From assembly GCF_009834535.1 (NCBI RefSeq), contig NC_045696.1, forward strand, positions 58,530,001 to 58,594,000: DNA of 64,000 bases, written 5' to 3'. Positions within the stretch are counted from its first letter, which is position 1. Each line of letters starts with the position of its first letter. Positions 11,290 through 25,456 of the stretch are shown piece after piece. A program made the translations under genes and the position numbers. Source of the stretch: Camelus ferus (Eukaryota). The notes below the pieces were generated by a model. The model did no database searches. It was not told where the DNA came from and worked only from the letters and a program-made list of their open reading frames with translations.

Positions 11290-14200
11290 GCAGATTTCAC
11301 TAAAATAGTCCAGCTAGTCAGGAAACAAGTAAACAAACAAATAACAATAGCAAACCCTGGGGGAGAGGAAGTGGATTAGTACCCAGAGTTGCTAAAATAT
11401 GTTACCTAAAATGTCCAGTTTCTAACAAAAAAATTTACAGAACATGCAAAAGAAGAGGAAAGTGTAATTCATACATTGGGGAGAGTGAGGGGGTAAGGCA
11501 GGCAAAAGAAATTGGCTGTAAGAGTGATCTGATGTCAAATTTAACAAAGACTTCAAAGTAGCCATTATGTTTATCTTCAGAGAACTAAAGGAAACCATGA
11601 TTAAAGAAGTAAGGAAGGTATGATGATGATGTCATATCACATAGTAGTAATAAGAGATAGAAATTATAAGGAAAAAGGACCAAATGGAAATTCTGGATTT
11701 GAAAAGTACAACTGAAAAAAAAATTCACTAGTTGGGCTCAACGGTGGATTTGAAATGGCTGAAGAGTTAGCAAACTTGAAGATAGATCAATAGAGATTAT
11801 GTAATTCAAAAACAGAGAAAAATGAATGGAAAAAAAAAAGAACAGAACTTCAGAAAAATGTGGGGCACTATATGCATGATGGGAGTATCAGAAGAAAAGG
11901 AGAGAAAGGAGCAGAAAAAGTATTTGAAGAAATAATGGCTAAAGAGTTTCCACTTATTCCTCCAGGAAGCTCAAGGAACTCCAAGTAGGATATATGTATC
12001 TACACGTAAGGATCTCTTACATGTATTCAACTTGAAATTCCACAAATAGGTGAATCATATTAAAAATGCTGAAAGACAAATACGAGAAAATCTTGAAAGC
12101 AGAAAGAAAAAAACAACTTGTCACTTACAAGGGAATCACAACAAGATTGACAACTGGATTCTCAACAGAAACAATGGAAGCAAGAAGTTGGTGGGATAAC
12201 ATTCAAAATATTCAAAGGGGGAAAAAAAGAAACCTCAACCAAGAATCCTCTGTCTAGCAAAGCTATCTTTCAAAAAGAAGGTGAAATAAAGATATTTTCA
12301 GTTAACCAAAAGATGAGAGAATTTATTGCTGACAGACTCACCCTAAGGAAGTACTAAAGGAAGTTCTTAATGCTTGAAACCAAGACCCAAACTTTATCCC
12401 TTCCCACCTGCTTACCCTCCAGTAACCAGAAGATGATTTACTATGTCTATGAGTCTGTTTCTGTTTTGTAGGTTAATTCATTAGTGTCTTTTTTTTTTCT
12501 TTTTTTGGATTCCACATGAGTGATACCATATGGTATTTTTCTTTCTCTTTCTGACTTACTTAGACTATCTCCAGATCCATCCATGTTGCTGCAAATGACA
12601 TTAAAAGAAAAATGTTAAACCTAAAGCAAATAGAAAGAAGGGGATAATAAAGATTGAAGCAGAAATAAATGAAATAGGAAGTAGAAAAACAATAGAGGAA
12701 AATCAATGGAATCAAAAGCTGGTTCTTTGAAAAGATTAACACAGTTTACAAACCTTTAGCTAGATAGACCAAGAAAAAAAGAAATTGCAAGAATCAGAAA
12801 TGAAAGAGGGGACGTTATACTAACCTTACAGAATATAGGATTTTAAAGGAATTCTATGAATAATTGTATGCAAATGAGTTATAAAACTTTGATGAGATGG
12901 ACAAATTCTTAGAAATACACAAACTACAGAAATTAACTCAAGAAGAAATAGACAATCTGAATAGACTTACAACAAGAATAGAGATTAAATTAGTAATAAA
13001 AAACTACTCACAAAGAAAATTCCACATCCAATGGCTTCACTGGTGAGTTTTGTCAGATAGTTAAAGAATTAACCAATTCTTTACAAACTGTTCCCAAAAA
13101 TAGAAGAGAAGGAATACTTTTCACCTCATTTTATGAGGGCAGTCTTATCCTAGTACCAAAACCAAATAAAGACATCACAAGAAAACTACAGACCAACATC
13201 TTTTATGAATATGGACACGAAAATCCTCAACAAAATACTAGAAAACCAAATCCAGCAACATATAAAAACTATTATACACCATGGCCAATTGGGATTTATT
13301 CCAGTGCTGCAAGGTTGGTTTAGCATCTGAAAACCAATTGTGATACACAGTATCAGTAGAATTTAAAAAACCCACATGATCATCTCAATAGATGAAGAAA
13401 AAGCTTTTGACTAATCCAACAGCCTTTTATGATAAAAACACTCAACAAACTAGAAATAGAAAGGAACTTCCTCAGCCTGATAAAAGGTATCCACAAAACC
13501 CCACAGCTAACCTCATACTTAATGATGAAAGACCAGATACTTTCCCTTAAGATCAGGAACAAGGCAAGGATGTCTGCTGTTACTGCTTCTATTCAGCATT
13601 TTACTGGAGGTTCTAGTCAGGGCAGTTAAGCAAGGAAAAGAAAAAAAGGCATCTAGATTGCAGAGAGAAAATAACTATTCTCATATGAAAATCCTAAATA
13701 ATCCCCTAAAAACGTATTAAACTGATGCATCTAACAAGATTGTAGGATACAAGATCAAAATACACAAATCAGTTGTATTCTAAATACTAGCAATGAACAA
13801 TCTGAAAATGTAATTAAGAAAATCTTAGCAACTGCTGGCCAGAACAAGACAGATTATACTTTCTGTCATTTGCAACTGAAAAAAAGGAAAAAATCCCATA
13901 TGCTGAAAACTACAAAACCATAGTAAGAAGTTAAAGAAGATCTAAATTAATGGAAAGTAAAGTAGACCTTGTGTTCATGAATTAGAAAACAGTATTATAA
14001 TGGCTCTACTCCTCAGTTGATAGATTCAGTGAAATCTCTATGAAAATTCCTGTGGTCTTTTTTTTTTTTTCCCAGAAATTCACAAGCTGATCCTTAAATT
14101 CATATGGAAATACAAGTGACCAAGAATAGTCAAAATAATCTTGAAAAAGAACAAAGTTGGAGGGCTCACTCTTCCAAACTTACTTCCAAGCTAGGTAATC

Positions 14201-15545
14201 AAGACTATGCAGTTTTCATAAGGATACACATATAGATCAACAGAATAGGATTGAGAGTACAGAAAGAAACCCTTACATTTTGATCAATTCATTTTTAACA
14301 AGGATGCCAAAGCAATGGTGAAAGAATAGTCTTTTCAGCAAATGATACAGGGACAAGTGGATGTCCACATGCAAAAGAAAAATGTTAGACCCCTACCTCA
14401 CAAAATATATTAAAACTAACTCAAAATGGATCAAAGACCTAATTTAACAGCTAAGACTATAAAGCTCGTGGAAGAAAACATAGGTGTAAATCTTTGTGGC
14501 TTTGTATTAGGCAATTTTTTTTCAGATTTGACACTGAAAATACAATGAAAAAAATAGATAAGGTGGATTTCATTAGAATTTAAAATTTTGTTCTTCAATA
14601 GACACCATCAAGAAAGTGAAAGGACAATTCCTAGACATGGAGAAAATATTTGCAAATCATATATCTTCTAAGGGACTCATGTCCAGGATATACAAGTAAC
14701 ACAACTCAAGACAATCCAATTTTAAAATGAGAAAAGGATTTGAAGATACATTTCTACAAAGAAGATATGCAGCTGACTAGCATATGAAAACATGCTCAAG
14801 ATTATTAGTCATTAGTAAAATGCAAAGCAAAATGATAAGGAGATAGCACTTCACATCCACTGGGATGGCTGTAATAAAAAAGACAGACATAGCAAGCATA
14901 AGCAAGGTTGTGGAGAAATTGGAATCTTCTTACATTGCTGGTGGGGTTGTAAAATGGTGCAGCTGCTTTGGAAAATAGTTTGGAAGTTCTCTGAAGGGTA
15001 AACAGAGTTACCATATGACCTGGCAATTCTACTTCCAGATATATACCCCAGAAATTGAAAATATATGCGTAAACAAAAATGTGTACGTGAATATTTGTAA
15101 CACCTAAAAAGTGGAAATAACCCAAATGTCCATCAACTGATGAATGAATAGACAAAATATGATATATTCATACAATGGAATATTACTAAGCAATAAAAGG
15201 GAATGAAGTACTGATACATTGTACAACATGAATGAAGTTTAAAATGTTATGCCACATGAAGGAAGCCAGATACAAAAGGTCACATATTTGTGATTCCATT
15301 TATACAAAGTGTCCAGAATAGGCAAATCCATAGAGACAGAAAGTATATTAGAGGTTGACGGGAGCTGGAGAAAAGTAGACAGTGACTACTGATGGTTATG
15401 AGGTTTCTTTTTTGGATGAAAAAAATGTTGTGGAATTGGATGATGATGATGGTTGTACAACTCTGAATATACTAAAAACTTCTGAATTGTACACTTTAGA
15501 AGGGTGAATTACTGTTTTTGGATTATATTTTAATTTTTAAAATCA
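11290..15545 (+). mobile_element. Decayed L1 (L1MB-like 3' end) with ORF1 remnant, ORF2 lacking the endonuclease region, and 3' UTR
   Basis: ORF1-like KILKAERKKQLVTYKG...RLT.FS.ETMEAR..W at 12066-12257. RT-like MIKTLNKLEIE at 13429. 3' end tccagaataggcaaatccatagagacagaaag. Confidence 0.88.
12381..12603 (-). mobile_element. Inverted fragment of a younger L1 3' UTR
   Basis: Collinear with 58341-58563 (tttatcccttcccacc...gagtctgtttctgttttgta...ccatgttgctgcaaatgacatta). Confidence 0.85.
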
Positions 15546-16389
15546 GTAATAAATGAAAGGGTTATTACTTTGAAGACTTCCAGTAATTGTGGAATAGGTA
15601 ATTCAGACCAATAGTCCCACAAAATACATGTAGAAAAGCTAAATGGAATGTATGTATTCTATAGAATATATAGGTATAATATAGAATTCAATCTAAAATA
15701 TAATCTTCCTGAAGTCCTTGGAGATCCAACAAAATTACTAGGAGTTACCAGGATACAGAGGAGGATGGAGGCTCAGGGAGATGAGCCCAATGTTTGGATG
15801 CTATTTTTCCCTTTGAGACTTTCACCAGTTCTGGAGGGAACTACTGACAGCCTCTCAAGACTAGGGAGACTGGGATTAGAGAGCAGGACTCACCAAGATG
15901 GTGAATCTCATGAGCAACCCTTCAGCTTTGGGTTAGGATCTTGCATGTCTGCACTCTAGGAATATGGGTAGACAGGAATGCAAAATAGACAGACTTTTTC
16001 AGTACTGCAGCTTAGTTTTGAATCATATTGGTCTCTAAAATTGGATTGAGCTGATTACACAGTGCTTTGCTCCAAAGATCCTGACAGAAGCAAACAGATA
16101 CATTTCCTGGAAGAAATAGCCTCACAACCTTCAAGTTATGTCTACAGCAAGATTTTGAAAATAGAATGGCAAATAATCATAAGTAAGAGGCTCTTGAATA
16201 GACTAGACTATGTGAATGCAAATCATTAGAAACACACACACACACCCACACCCACCCACCCACGATCTCAGGAATCATGGAAGCCAGGGGACAGGTATCA
16301 ATCCAGGGGAATGATATCTTCTAAAGGATAAAAGAAAATAACTGCAAACAGAATTCTATGCTTAACAGAAGTGACCAGAAAGAATTAAG

Positions 16390-18410
16390 TATTAAAAGTG
16401 GATATCCTTGCATTGTTCCTGATTCTGATCTTAGCAGGGAAAACATTCAGTCTTAAACAGTTAAATATGATGTTAACTTAAGAGTTTGTATTGATGCCTT
16501 TTTACCAGGTTGAGAAAATTCCCTTATATTCCCAGTTTGATGAGTTGTTTCATAGAAACTGAAGTTGTTTCCTGTCAAATGCTTTGTCTGCGTTTATTGA
16601 GATGATGGTATGGTTTTTCTTTTTAAAGTTTTTATGTGGTAAATTACTTGATTGCTTTTCAAATGTTAAATCCACCTTGTAGTTCTGTCATAAACCCTCT
16701 GGGTCATTATGTATTATCCTGTTTATATATTGTCAGATCTAATTTGCTAAAATTTTGTTAAGATATTTTGTATCTGTGTTCATGAGGGAATTGGTTCGTA
16801 ATTTTCCTCTTTTGTGATGCTATTGTCTGGTTTTGCTATTGGGATAAAGCCGGCCTCATAGAATAAATTGGGGAGATATTCCCTCTTCAAAAATTGAGAA
16901 ATGTTTCTGTCTAATTTTTATTTCTTCTTCTTTAAGTATTTAGTACAGTGAAGCCTTTCTAGCTTCAAGTTTTCTTTTTGAGAAGGTTTTTAACTACAAA
17001 TCAATTTACTTGGTGAATATAGGGTTATTCAAGTTATCTGTTTCTTCCTGAGTGAGTTTTAGCAGTTTGTTTCTTTTAAGGAATCTGTCCATTTCATCTA
17101 AGTTATTTAATTTTTTTGCATAAGGTTTGGCATCAGTCTTATTAGAGTTTATAATTTTTATTGATTTTTTTAAAGAACCAGCTTTTGCTTTCTTTTTTTT
17201 ATTGTTTTTGTTTTCTCTTTCATGGTTTATGTTCTGATCTTTATTACTCCCTCTCTTATGCTTCCTTAGGGTTTAAGTGCTTTTCTTTTTCTAGTTATTA
17301 AGGTGGAAGTTGAGGTCATTTGTTTCAGAATTTTCTTTTCTAATACAGGCATTTGGTACTTTGTATTTCCCGCTGAATATTGATGTAGCTACATTTCATA
17401 CATTTTAATGGATTGTATTTTCACTTTCATTCTGTTCAAAATGCTTTTTAATTTTCCTTTTGACTTCTTTCATGATCTATGGGTTTGTTAGGTATGTATA
17501 ACATAGTTTTAAATATTTAGAGATTTTCCAGATATCTTTCTGTTATTGATTTCAAATTTAATTCCATTGTGGCCAGATACCAAATTTTGTATGACTTTAA
17601 CATTTTTACATTTATTGTGATCTATTTTATTCCCCCAAAATAAGGTCTTAGTCATTTTTCTGCATTCATTTGAAAAGAATGTATATTCTACTATTATTGG
17701 ATAGATGGTCACCCAATATCAATATTAATGATAAATATCATTTAGATCAAGTTGGTTGATGTTGTTCAAGTCTTTTGTATCTTTTTGATTTTCTGTACTT
17801 TTATCAATTATTGAGAAAGGGGTGTTGAAATTTCTGACTATATTTGTGAATTTGTTTTTCTCCTTTAGGGCTATTTTTATTTTGTATATCTTAAATCTTA
17901 TAAATATTTAGGATTGTTTTGTTTTCTTGGTACATATACTCCTTTGTCACTTTGAATTACCTTCTGTATAGTCATATTCTTGGCTCTGAAATCTACTTTA
18001 TTAATATAGCTATTACATCTTCTTTTTTTAAAATTAGTGTTGGAATGATACGTCTTTTACTATCTTTTTTCTTTTAACCTTTTGGTGTCTGTATTGAAAC
18101 TGGTTTCATCTAAAAGTAGCATGCAGTTGGGTCTTTTGAAAAGAAATCCAATTAGAAAATCCAATCTGCCTTTTTATTTAGGTATTTAGACCATTTACAT
18201 TTAATGTGATTATTGATATGGTTGGGTTTAAATCTACCATCTTGGCTATTTGTTTTCTGTTTGTTTTGATCACTTTTCTCTTTTTCTGCCTTTGTTTGTA
18301 TTGGTAAGTTTTGAGCCATTTTCTGTTCTTTTTTGGCTTATTATGCCTCATTGTTTCATTTGTTTGTTTTTATGGTTGCTTTGGGCTTTATCATATATAT
18401 CTGGTATTTG
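16390..18410 (-). mobile_element. Decayed L1 ORF2 5' half (endonuclease to RT)
   Basis: Antisense ORF2. The ORF at 17509-17712 has EYTFFS...KIDH...S.HNGIK.EIN endonuclease motifs. Confidence 0.85.
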
Positions 18411-18419
18411 TGGTAGGGC

Positions 18420-19700
18420 CACTAGGTTCTGCTGTGGCTAACAAGCAACCAAGAACTACTTCTCAAAATGAAAACAGTTTTTGCCTAAGGGCCATGTCAC
18501 TGCTTCAAAACCCCGGAGCCTCTTTTATGATTCTTCTTTCCAGGTTTGCTACAGGCTGAAAACATCATCCCTATTTTCCACAGATATTTTGATCACCATT
18601 GGATCCATGGCTCATACAAACAGAGTGTCATAATGTCCTGTATTGAAGCCTAGATCCTTCTTGTTGCTTTCGGCCCTCCTCAACCATTGTCATTTAATAA
18701 ACCTACTGGAGCAGCATACATAAATCTAGTAAGGCATACTAAGCAGTGTATCTTTTCTTAGTGGTATGGGTTGCAAGATGAAACTTGATCTTTACTTTCA
18801 GTGTACTCTAGACCATTAAACACCAGAAACTTGACTGAGGTGGTAGGCTTCTATAATTTTGTAATTACTTTTCACTCTCTGGCATATATGTATCATCCCA
18901 GGTTATCTAACCTAAGGCATATACTGTTTGTTCTTTAGGTCCTATGAGCATAAAGTCATCAGTGAAGTAGATTAATATAGTGTTCTATGAGGTATTAAGA
19001 TATTAGGTCCCTGTAAGCCAAGAGGCAGCAAACTTTTTCTGGAAAGCCCGGACAGTAAATATTTTAGGTTTTATAGACCATATGGTATTTGTTACAACTA
19101 CTCAGCTGTCCTGTGTAGTATGAAAACAACCATAGGCAATATGTAAAAAAGGTGATGCTGTGTTGCAATAAAACTTTATTTACAAAAATGGGTGCTAGGC
19201 TGGATTTGCCAGCCTCTGCTATAGACTAACCACTGGCACAGAGTTGATATAACCTAGTGGCAATATCAACTGTAAATGTACTGATATCTCTGTTAGGTAA
19301 AAGCAAAATGCTTCTGATTTTCTCTGTTTTTTAGGATAGTGAAAAAAGTGTTTGAAAATTGGTACCTACATGCCAGGGAGTTAATTGATTTGTTCCACAT
19401 GGAGACTGCATCTGAAAAAGCATGTGCAGTTGGAACCTACAGTAATCTGTTGTCATTCTCTAAGATGCATCCATTTTGGAGACAAATTGGAGAGTTAAAA
19501 GGAGTATGGTAGGAATCACTATCCCTGCATCTTTTTAAATAAGCCTTGGATGGTGGCACCATTCTCTGCAGTTCACCCTAGGGATTAACATTTTGATGAT
19601 ATTTGGGTTGAGTGAGCCTCAAGACTTCCTTTGGACTTTCCTTTTCTGATAGTTTTAACCATTCCACAGATCTGGCAATTGCTAAGAGTATCTGTCCGTT
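18420..19700 (-). mobile_element. ERVL (class III) pol remnant, interrupted by MER58A
   Basis: The minus strand gives KDAGIVIPT (19508-19534), PFNSPI, RMTTDY and YFTDDFMLIGPKEQ (YFTDD at 18955-18969), then DPMV..SV and FEK.LL tether/RNase H-like text. Confidence 0.8.
19019..19218 (+). mobile_element. MER58A DNA transposon
   Basis: caagaggcagcaaactttttctggaaagcc...caactactcagct...aataaaactttatttacaaaaa. Degenerate TSD ctgtaagc / ctatagac. Confidence 0.85.
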
Positions 19701-20544
19701 AATATACACACTTAGGATTCAGGAGAATTACCTTCATTTGGGGGTAGAGGTCCAACTTGACCTACTAGGAAGCAGGCTCTGTAGGAAACTCCATGTGTTA
19801 CTTCATTTCTGTAAGTCTCCACTCTGAGCTGTAGATTGCAGTGTTAACCTGGATCACCAAATAGGAGATACTTGGAAAATGGGGAGAATCTGGGATTTGT
19901 TATTGTTTTAAGAAAGAGAAAGAAAAGCTTTAAGAAAGAGAAGTTTTAAAGATAATTCATGATTAGAAATTATTTTAATATTAACTTTATTTGCTTTTAA
20001 TTCAGACCAAGCCTGCATAATATTTTCTGTAGTTTCCCAGTTTAAATATATTTTCCTGTTTTACAGTTTTCTTTCCTAATTAAAATTATTTACTTTATTT
20101 TGAAATCTGGTTAATAGTTATTTGATAAGCATTATTTTGCAGACCTTTCCCTCTATTACAATATCTTACTTTTTATTTCTTTTTCTTGTGTTTCTTGACT
20201 TTTTTTTTCTCTTCCTAATCTTGTGACCTGTCTCCCCACAGTCTGGCATGAATTTTTTTTTCCATATTATTATTTTTTCCATATTATTATTTTCTGAAGT
20301 CTACAGATGTTCTGCTGGGGTCAATATGTTACATACTAAGTCCTACTTTTACTTTTTTTGTTTTATTTTTTAAACACTTTTTTATGGAAAAATTTAAACA
20401 TAAAGTAAATAAAATAGTGTAATTAACCCTATGTATCCATCACCCAACTGTAATAACATTTTGACATTCTTGTTTCCTCTATACCTCCACCCACTCCCCA
20501 CTCATCCACTTGATAATTTTTAGTTTTTTCTTTTTCTTAATTTA

Positions 20545-20670
20545 TTTTTTACACAATTTTTAAAGGTTACTTTCCATTTACAGTTATTACACAATATTGG
20601 CTATATTCCCCGTGTTGTATAATAAATACATCATCGAGCCTATCTTATACCCAGTAGTTTGCACCTCCCA
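20545..20670 (-). mobile_element. Short cetartiodactyl-type L1 3'-end fragment
   Basis: tttaaaggttactttccatttacagttatta...ttggctatattcccc, similar to 62045-62100. Confidence 0.7.
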
Positions 20671-20769
20671 CAAGTCTTTCTTTTTTAAGGGAAATTTGCA
20701 CGTGCTGAAATGCACACATCTTTGCTGTATGGTTTCAACAAATGGATACAGTTGTATAAACCACACTCT

Positions 20770-21290
20770 GTTTCAAAAATACAGATTTTATTATTACTCA
20801 GTTATGGCAAGGCCAACAGATTAGGAGGCAACTGCCATTGCAAAGATAGTTTATCATACTCATGGATCTCAAGAAAAGAGAGCACACCACCAGCAGCCAC
20901 ATGGGGAAGTACCAGTGACAGGAGGCAAAGGAGCAGGAGGGAAATGTGGGCAAGAGCCTTTATTGTGATTTCCCCAGGAAGGAACTGGAGAGGCAGAGTA
21001 AGTAGGTTTAGGATTGGCTAGTTTGAATACTTTCAGTGAGCAGTGGGACATAGGGCTGTCTCTTTGTCTGATACCTGACCCTAGGGTGATTCTGGCAGGA
21101 GAACAGTGTCCCTGAGTGTGAGAATGTCATAGAGCAGGTAGTTAGGAGTGTGCGCTCTGGATTAGGGGCTTTTGCTTAGGAAAGGCACTCTTGCAGATGG
21201 ATTGTTTGCTGTCTCTAGGGATTAGATAGGCTGGGGAGAGGCACTCCTTTGATGTCAGCAAGGCCCCAAGATTTACTCTGTCAATATAGA
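20770..21290. mobile_element. MER76-like ERVL LTR, inserted into an old antisense L1 3' fragment (about 20680-21870)
   Basis: aaggccaacagattaggag...tgtgggcaagagcctttattgtg...ggtttaggattggctagtttgaata matches MER76 as I recall it. Confidence 0.7.
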
Positions 21291-22084
21291 GTTTAAAAAA
21301 ACCATAATTAGTACATGCTTCTATCACAATATAGACCATTTCCATCTCCCCAGAAAGTTCCTTTGTGTCCCTTCCCAATCTCTGCCCTACTCCAGACAGC
21401 CATTGTTCAGATTTTTTTCACTTTAAGTCAGTTTTATTTGTTTTAGTACTTTATATAAACAAGATTATATAGTATGGTTCTTGTGTTCAGCTTTTTTTGC
21501 TTAACACAATGTCACATGTATTTTGCACATCTCTGTAAATTGTTCCTTTTTATTGCCGAGTAATAGTCATTGTATGAACATACTACAGTTTATCCAGTGT
21601 GGATGAACATTGGGCATTAGCTTGTTTCCAGTTTTGGGTTATTATAAATAAATCTATTAAAACTTTCATCTTTTGCTGACATTTGTTTTCATTTCTCTTG
21701 AGTAAGTATTAGAAATGGAATTGCTAGATCAAAGATTAGGTGCATGTTTAACGTTTTATGAAACTGCCAGTTTTCTAAAGTAGTTGTACCATTTTATATT
21801 TTCGCAAGCAATGTATGAGAGTTTTGATTGCTCTGTATCCTCACCAGCATTTAATATTGTTAATATTTTAAATTTTATATCCTTTTATTTTTTTAAAAAA
21901 ACTTCACAAACCCTGAACTTAATGTACTTTCCTCAGTTTCTTTGATGCTTCTGTTTTTAGGATAAATACTTGATTAATCAGCCTTTTTTCAATCTGTGTA
22001 ATTTTCTAGACAGTTTGTGAGTTGACTGAAAATGCTGCTATATTCCCTGGTGCCCCGCAAGGGAGATAGATTTCCCGGTCTGTT

Positions 22085-22090
<6 letters not shown>

Positions 22091-22126
<36 letters not shown>
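22091..22126. repeat. (AC)18 microsatellite
   Basis: Perfect dinucleotide run read directly. Confidence 0.98.
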
Positions 22127-22127
<1 letters not shown>

Positions 22128-22849
22128 AATCTAACAGGTATTTATTGCTTTTTTTCTCCAGACTATTATGCTAAATGTGGTTCGACATTTTATAAAGATA
22201 ATAAAGCACATTATACGCTTTCAAGATGGGAAAAGAAAATAAAAGCCAATATGTAAAATACAAGGTAGAATGTAATACATGCTCCAAAAGAGGTAAAAAG
22301 GAAGTAACAGTTCTAGCTCTTGGAGCCTTGAAGGACATGCAGGCTTTTGACAGGTGGTGATGACAAGGAAGGGCCTCATAATGAAAAGAAGAGTGTATTT
22401 TTGTATCATACGAGTAGTCTCATTTAGTCAGAATTAAATAGTACATTATGCTCATTTAGATAGAACTGACCTGAAAAATCTCTCTTATGTTCCAAAACCT
22501 CTTTCTTCAGATATTTGGGCATAATTGAATGACTGTACCTTCTGAACTTTGACTCAGAGCATAGGCACTGTTATATTATGATGGGGTTTGAGGGTTAGAA
22601 TGGTACCATCTTTTTGGATACTCACCGTGAATGTTCTGGTACTCTTTTTCACCAGTTATTTTTCCTTTCTCTTGATTCTTCTATTCTTCACTGAATTTTG
22701 TTATTCCACCCATAAATGTATTAAAATCTCCCTTCTACACCCCATTACAGGGGAAGAATAATTTGTTTTCAATTCTGTTATGTCTGTCAGGCTGTCATCC
22801 TGTTTTTTTTCTCCTTTAACTGCACTAGTATTCACTATGCTTCTATCTC

Positions 22850-24610
22850 TTACCTTCATCAGTTATTTAACCTCTTACAGGCTGAATTTTGCCTTCAACC
22901 ACTCTTCTGAAACTATTTTATAAAGGTTCAAAACCCGATCTCTTAATCAGTAAATCTTTTTTTTTTTTTTTCAGTTCAAATTGTCTTTGGCCTGTCTACA
23001 GGCATCATAAGCTGCATCTTTCTTCTTGATGGTCTCCCCTTCCTAGACTTCTGTGGCTCTTCACTCTTCTCGTTGTTCTACATCTGTCTCCCCTGCCTCG
23101 TCTTCCTCCCTGTACAGGTAGTGTTTACCAAAGATTTGTCTTGGCCCACTTCTTTCCTTTGTAATCTCATCCAAACCCTTCCCATCACATGCAGACCTCA
23201 TATGTTCCTTCAGTCCTGCTGCTCTTACATTCTTCAGTTGCTTGTTAAACATGATTCACCATCACTTCAAGTTTGATATGTTTAAAATGTCCCATTCTCA
23301 ATCAAACATGAATTTCTTCCACTGGGTCTGTAAGAGCACCTTATCTTTTCAGTCACCCACACTTCAAACCTTGGCATTTTCCTTGATTTTTTTTCTCTTT
23401 TGTGTCCCACATCTAGTTAGTTGCCAAGTCTAATAGTTTTTACTCCTGTAATCTCTCTAACTTCTTTCTTCTCTGTTTCTACTGTCACTGTCCTAATTCA
23501 GCCCTTATTTCAGTCAGTCTTTGGCAGTGACTCCCTCATGAACTTCCTAGTGCAGAATTGTAGAAAGAGCATGGGCTTTTCAGACCCAAGTGCTAATTGT
23601 GAAGATGGCACTTACTAGCTATCTGACTTATAACAAATTATTTAACCTCAATTCATAGATGAGAAAATTCAGACACAGAAGTTAGTCATTCCTACCTCAT
23701 GAAGTACCCCATTTTGAAGGCTAAATGGGACAGTGTATGCCTAGTGAGAAGGCAGTAAGAAAATAATATTTATCTCTACTTTCTATCTCTTTACAACCCA
23801 CTAATAAATATTTTTAAGCACAGCTTTAATCAGCAATTTCTTGCTCTTCTGTGTTTCCCCATTGTCCAATTTGCCCATAAATTTTTAGCGTCATAGTTCA
23901 CACTGTCTGTTAATTAATTTGCTTTATAGCCTTCCTTTCTGTCCTTATTTCTTCCTACTCTTATAAACATCTTTTTAAGTGAAACAAAACCAGTAGCAGT
24001 GCCCAACAGCAAAGTGGTTAAGAGCGTGAGTTCTAGAGTCAGGTTACCTAGATTTAAATCCCAGTTTCTTTTCTCAAATTGGGCAAATTACACAATCCCT
24101 CTAAACCTTAGTTTCCTGTCTGAAAAACCTGGGGATTATTATAGTGTCTCCTGCATAGGGTTGGTTCTTGGAAGGATGAAATGAGATCATGTACATAAAG
24201 CACGTTGAGAGCAGCCACTATTAGAAGGTTTAGTAGAAGGAGTAGTAGTAGTTTTTGTTGATGCTGTTATTATTTGCTTCTCCCATTTCCATCTCCAGGC
24301 TCCTCAGATGCTTTTCTCTGCATGAAATGCAGTTCTTCCCATTTGTATCTGTCTAAATTTTAACCATCTTTAAAGATCTTCCTTGATTCTCTTACCATTC
24401 CTATGTCACCACCTCTCCCCTACTTATCTTTCCTCTTCAGAATTCCTTAATTCTTTTAGTTTAGAATGCTTATGACTTTCATGTGTTTATCTGTCTGTTT
24501 ACCTTTAAAAACTAGAAATGCCTTGAGGACAGATTGTGTAATTCATTTTTTCAATTCTCTAAAACCCAGCATCTTACAAAGAATCATGCCAGAAAGTATT
24601 TGCTGAATAA
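22850..24610. mobile_element. Cluster of L2 and MIR fragments
   Basis: Pyrimidine-rich L2 body ending gtatttgctgaataaat near 24610. MIR cores at about 23560-23750 and 24000-24210. Confidence 0.6.
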
Positions 24611-25456
24611 ATATATTAATTCACTATAACCAGTAGCTTTTTAGTTCCAAGGAATTTACTCTTACTTCTTAAGGAACTTTTGTAAACTCTCCATTAATTC
24701 TTGATATATGAAAAATTTAATTTTGTCATGAAAATGCTATTATTGGGCTCAAGGAGACTAATTAAAATCATTGTAGCAGAAGACAGTAATAGCAAAACAA
24801 AACAAAAAATGACCAGGTGACACTGTTTTGGATTCAGCAAAATAATTCTTTTCTACATTGCCTCTCATTTCTTCATTTCTTACTGTTCCAAATCCACTGT
24901 ATACCTCATAGTACCTATCACAGTGCCAAACTGAAGTGTGAAGTAAGCATTTGTGGATAACAGTGGATCTAAAATCTGTTTTACTGGAATAAAAATATAT
25001 ATATATAACATAATACATTAAGATGGATTAAATACCTTGTTCAGTTTGTCTTTACAAAGTGTCATCCTCATGTTGTGTGCAGATAGTTTTTTCTTGGTAA
25101 CCATTCCCACAGGTCCTGGGAACGGGGTTGGGGTGGGAGTGGGAGAATCTCCACTTGAGAATTTTCCCTCGCAGTGATTTGGCATAGCTCCAGCCTGTCC
25201 TTCAGCATAATGCACGCCTTGTCCTTGTTAAAGGAGGCTTGTCATTTGTTTTCATGCCTTAAAAATGTTTCTGGTCATTTTGAAATAATTTATAAATGGT
25301 ATAGTGTCACTATAAAAGAGTACTCCAAGGGCAAGAGGCAAGTGTTAGAAGCTTAGTACAGATATTTCATTTGTATAGAATAGTATTTATTTCTTAAATA
25401 GGTATTGATCAACACATTAAAATGGTAATATTTTTCCTCTCAAGAGTGGCCATCCA

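Noticed and set aside
11290..15545. Potentially active L1
   Set aside because: Numerous stops and frameshifts, and the endonuclease region is missing.
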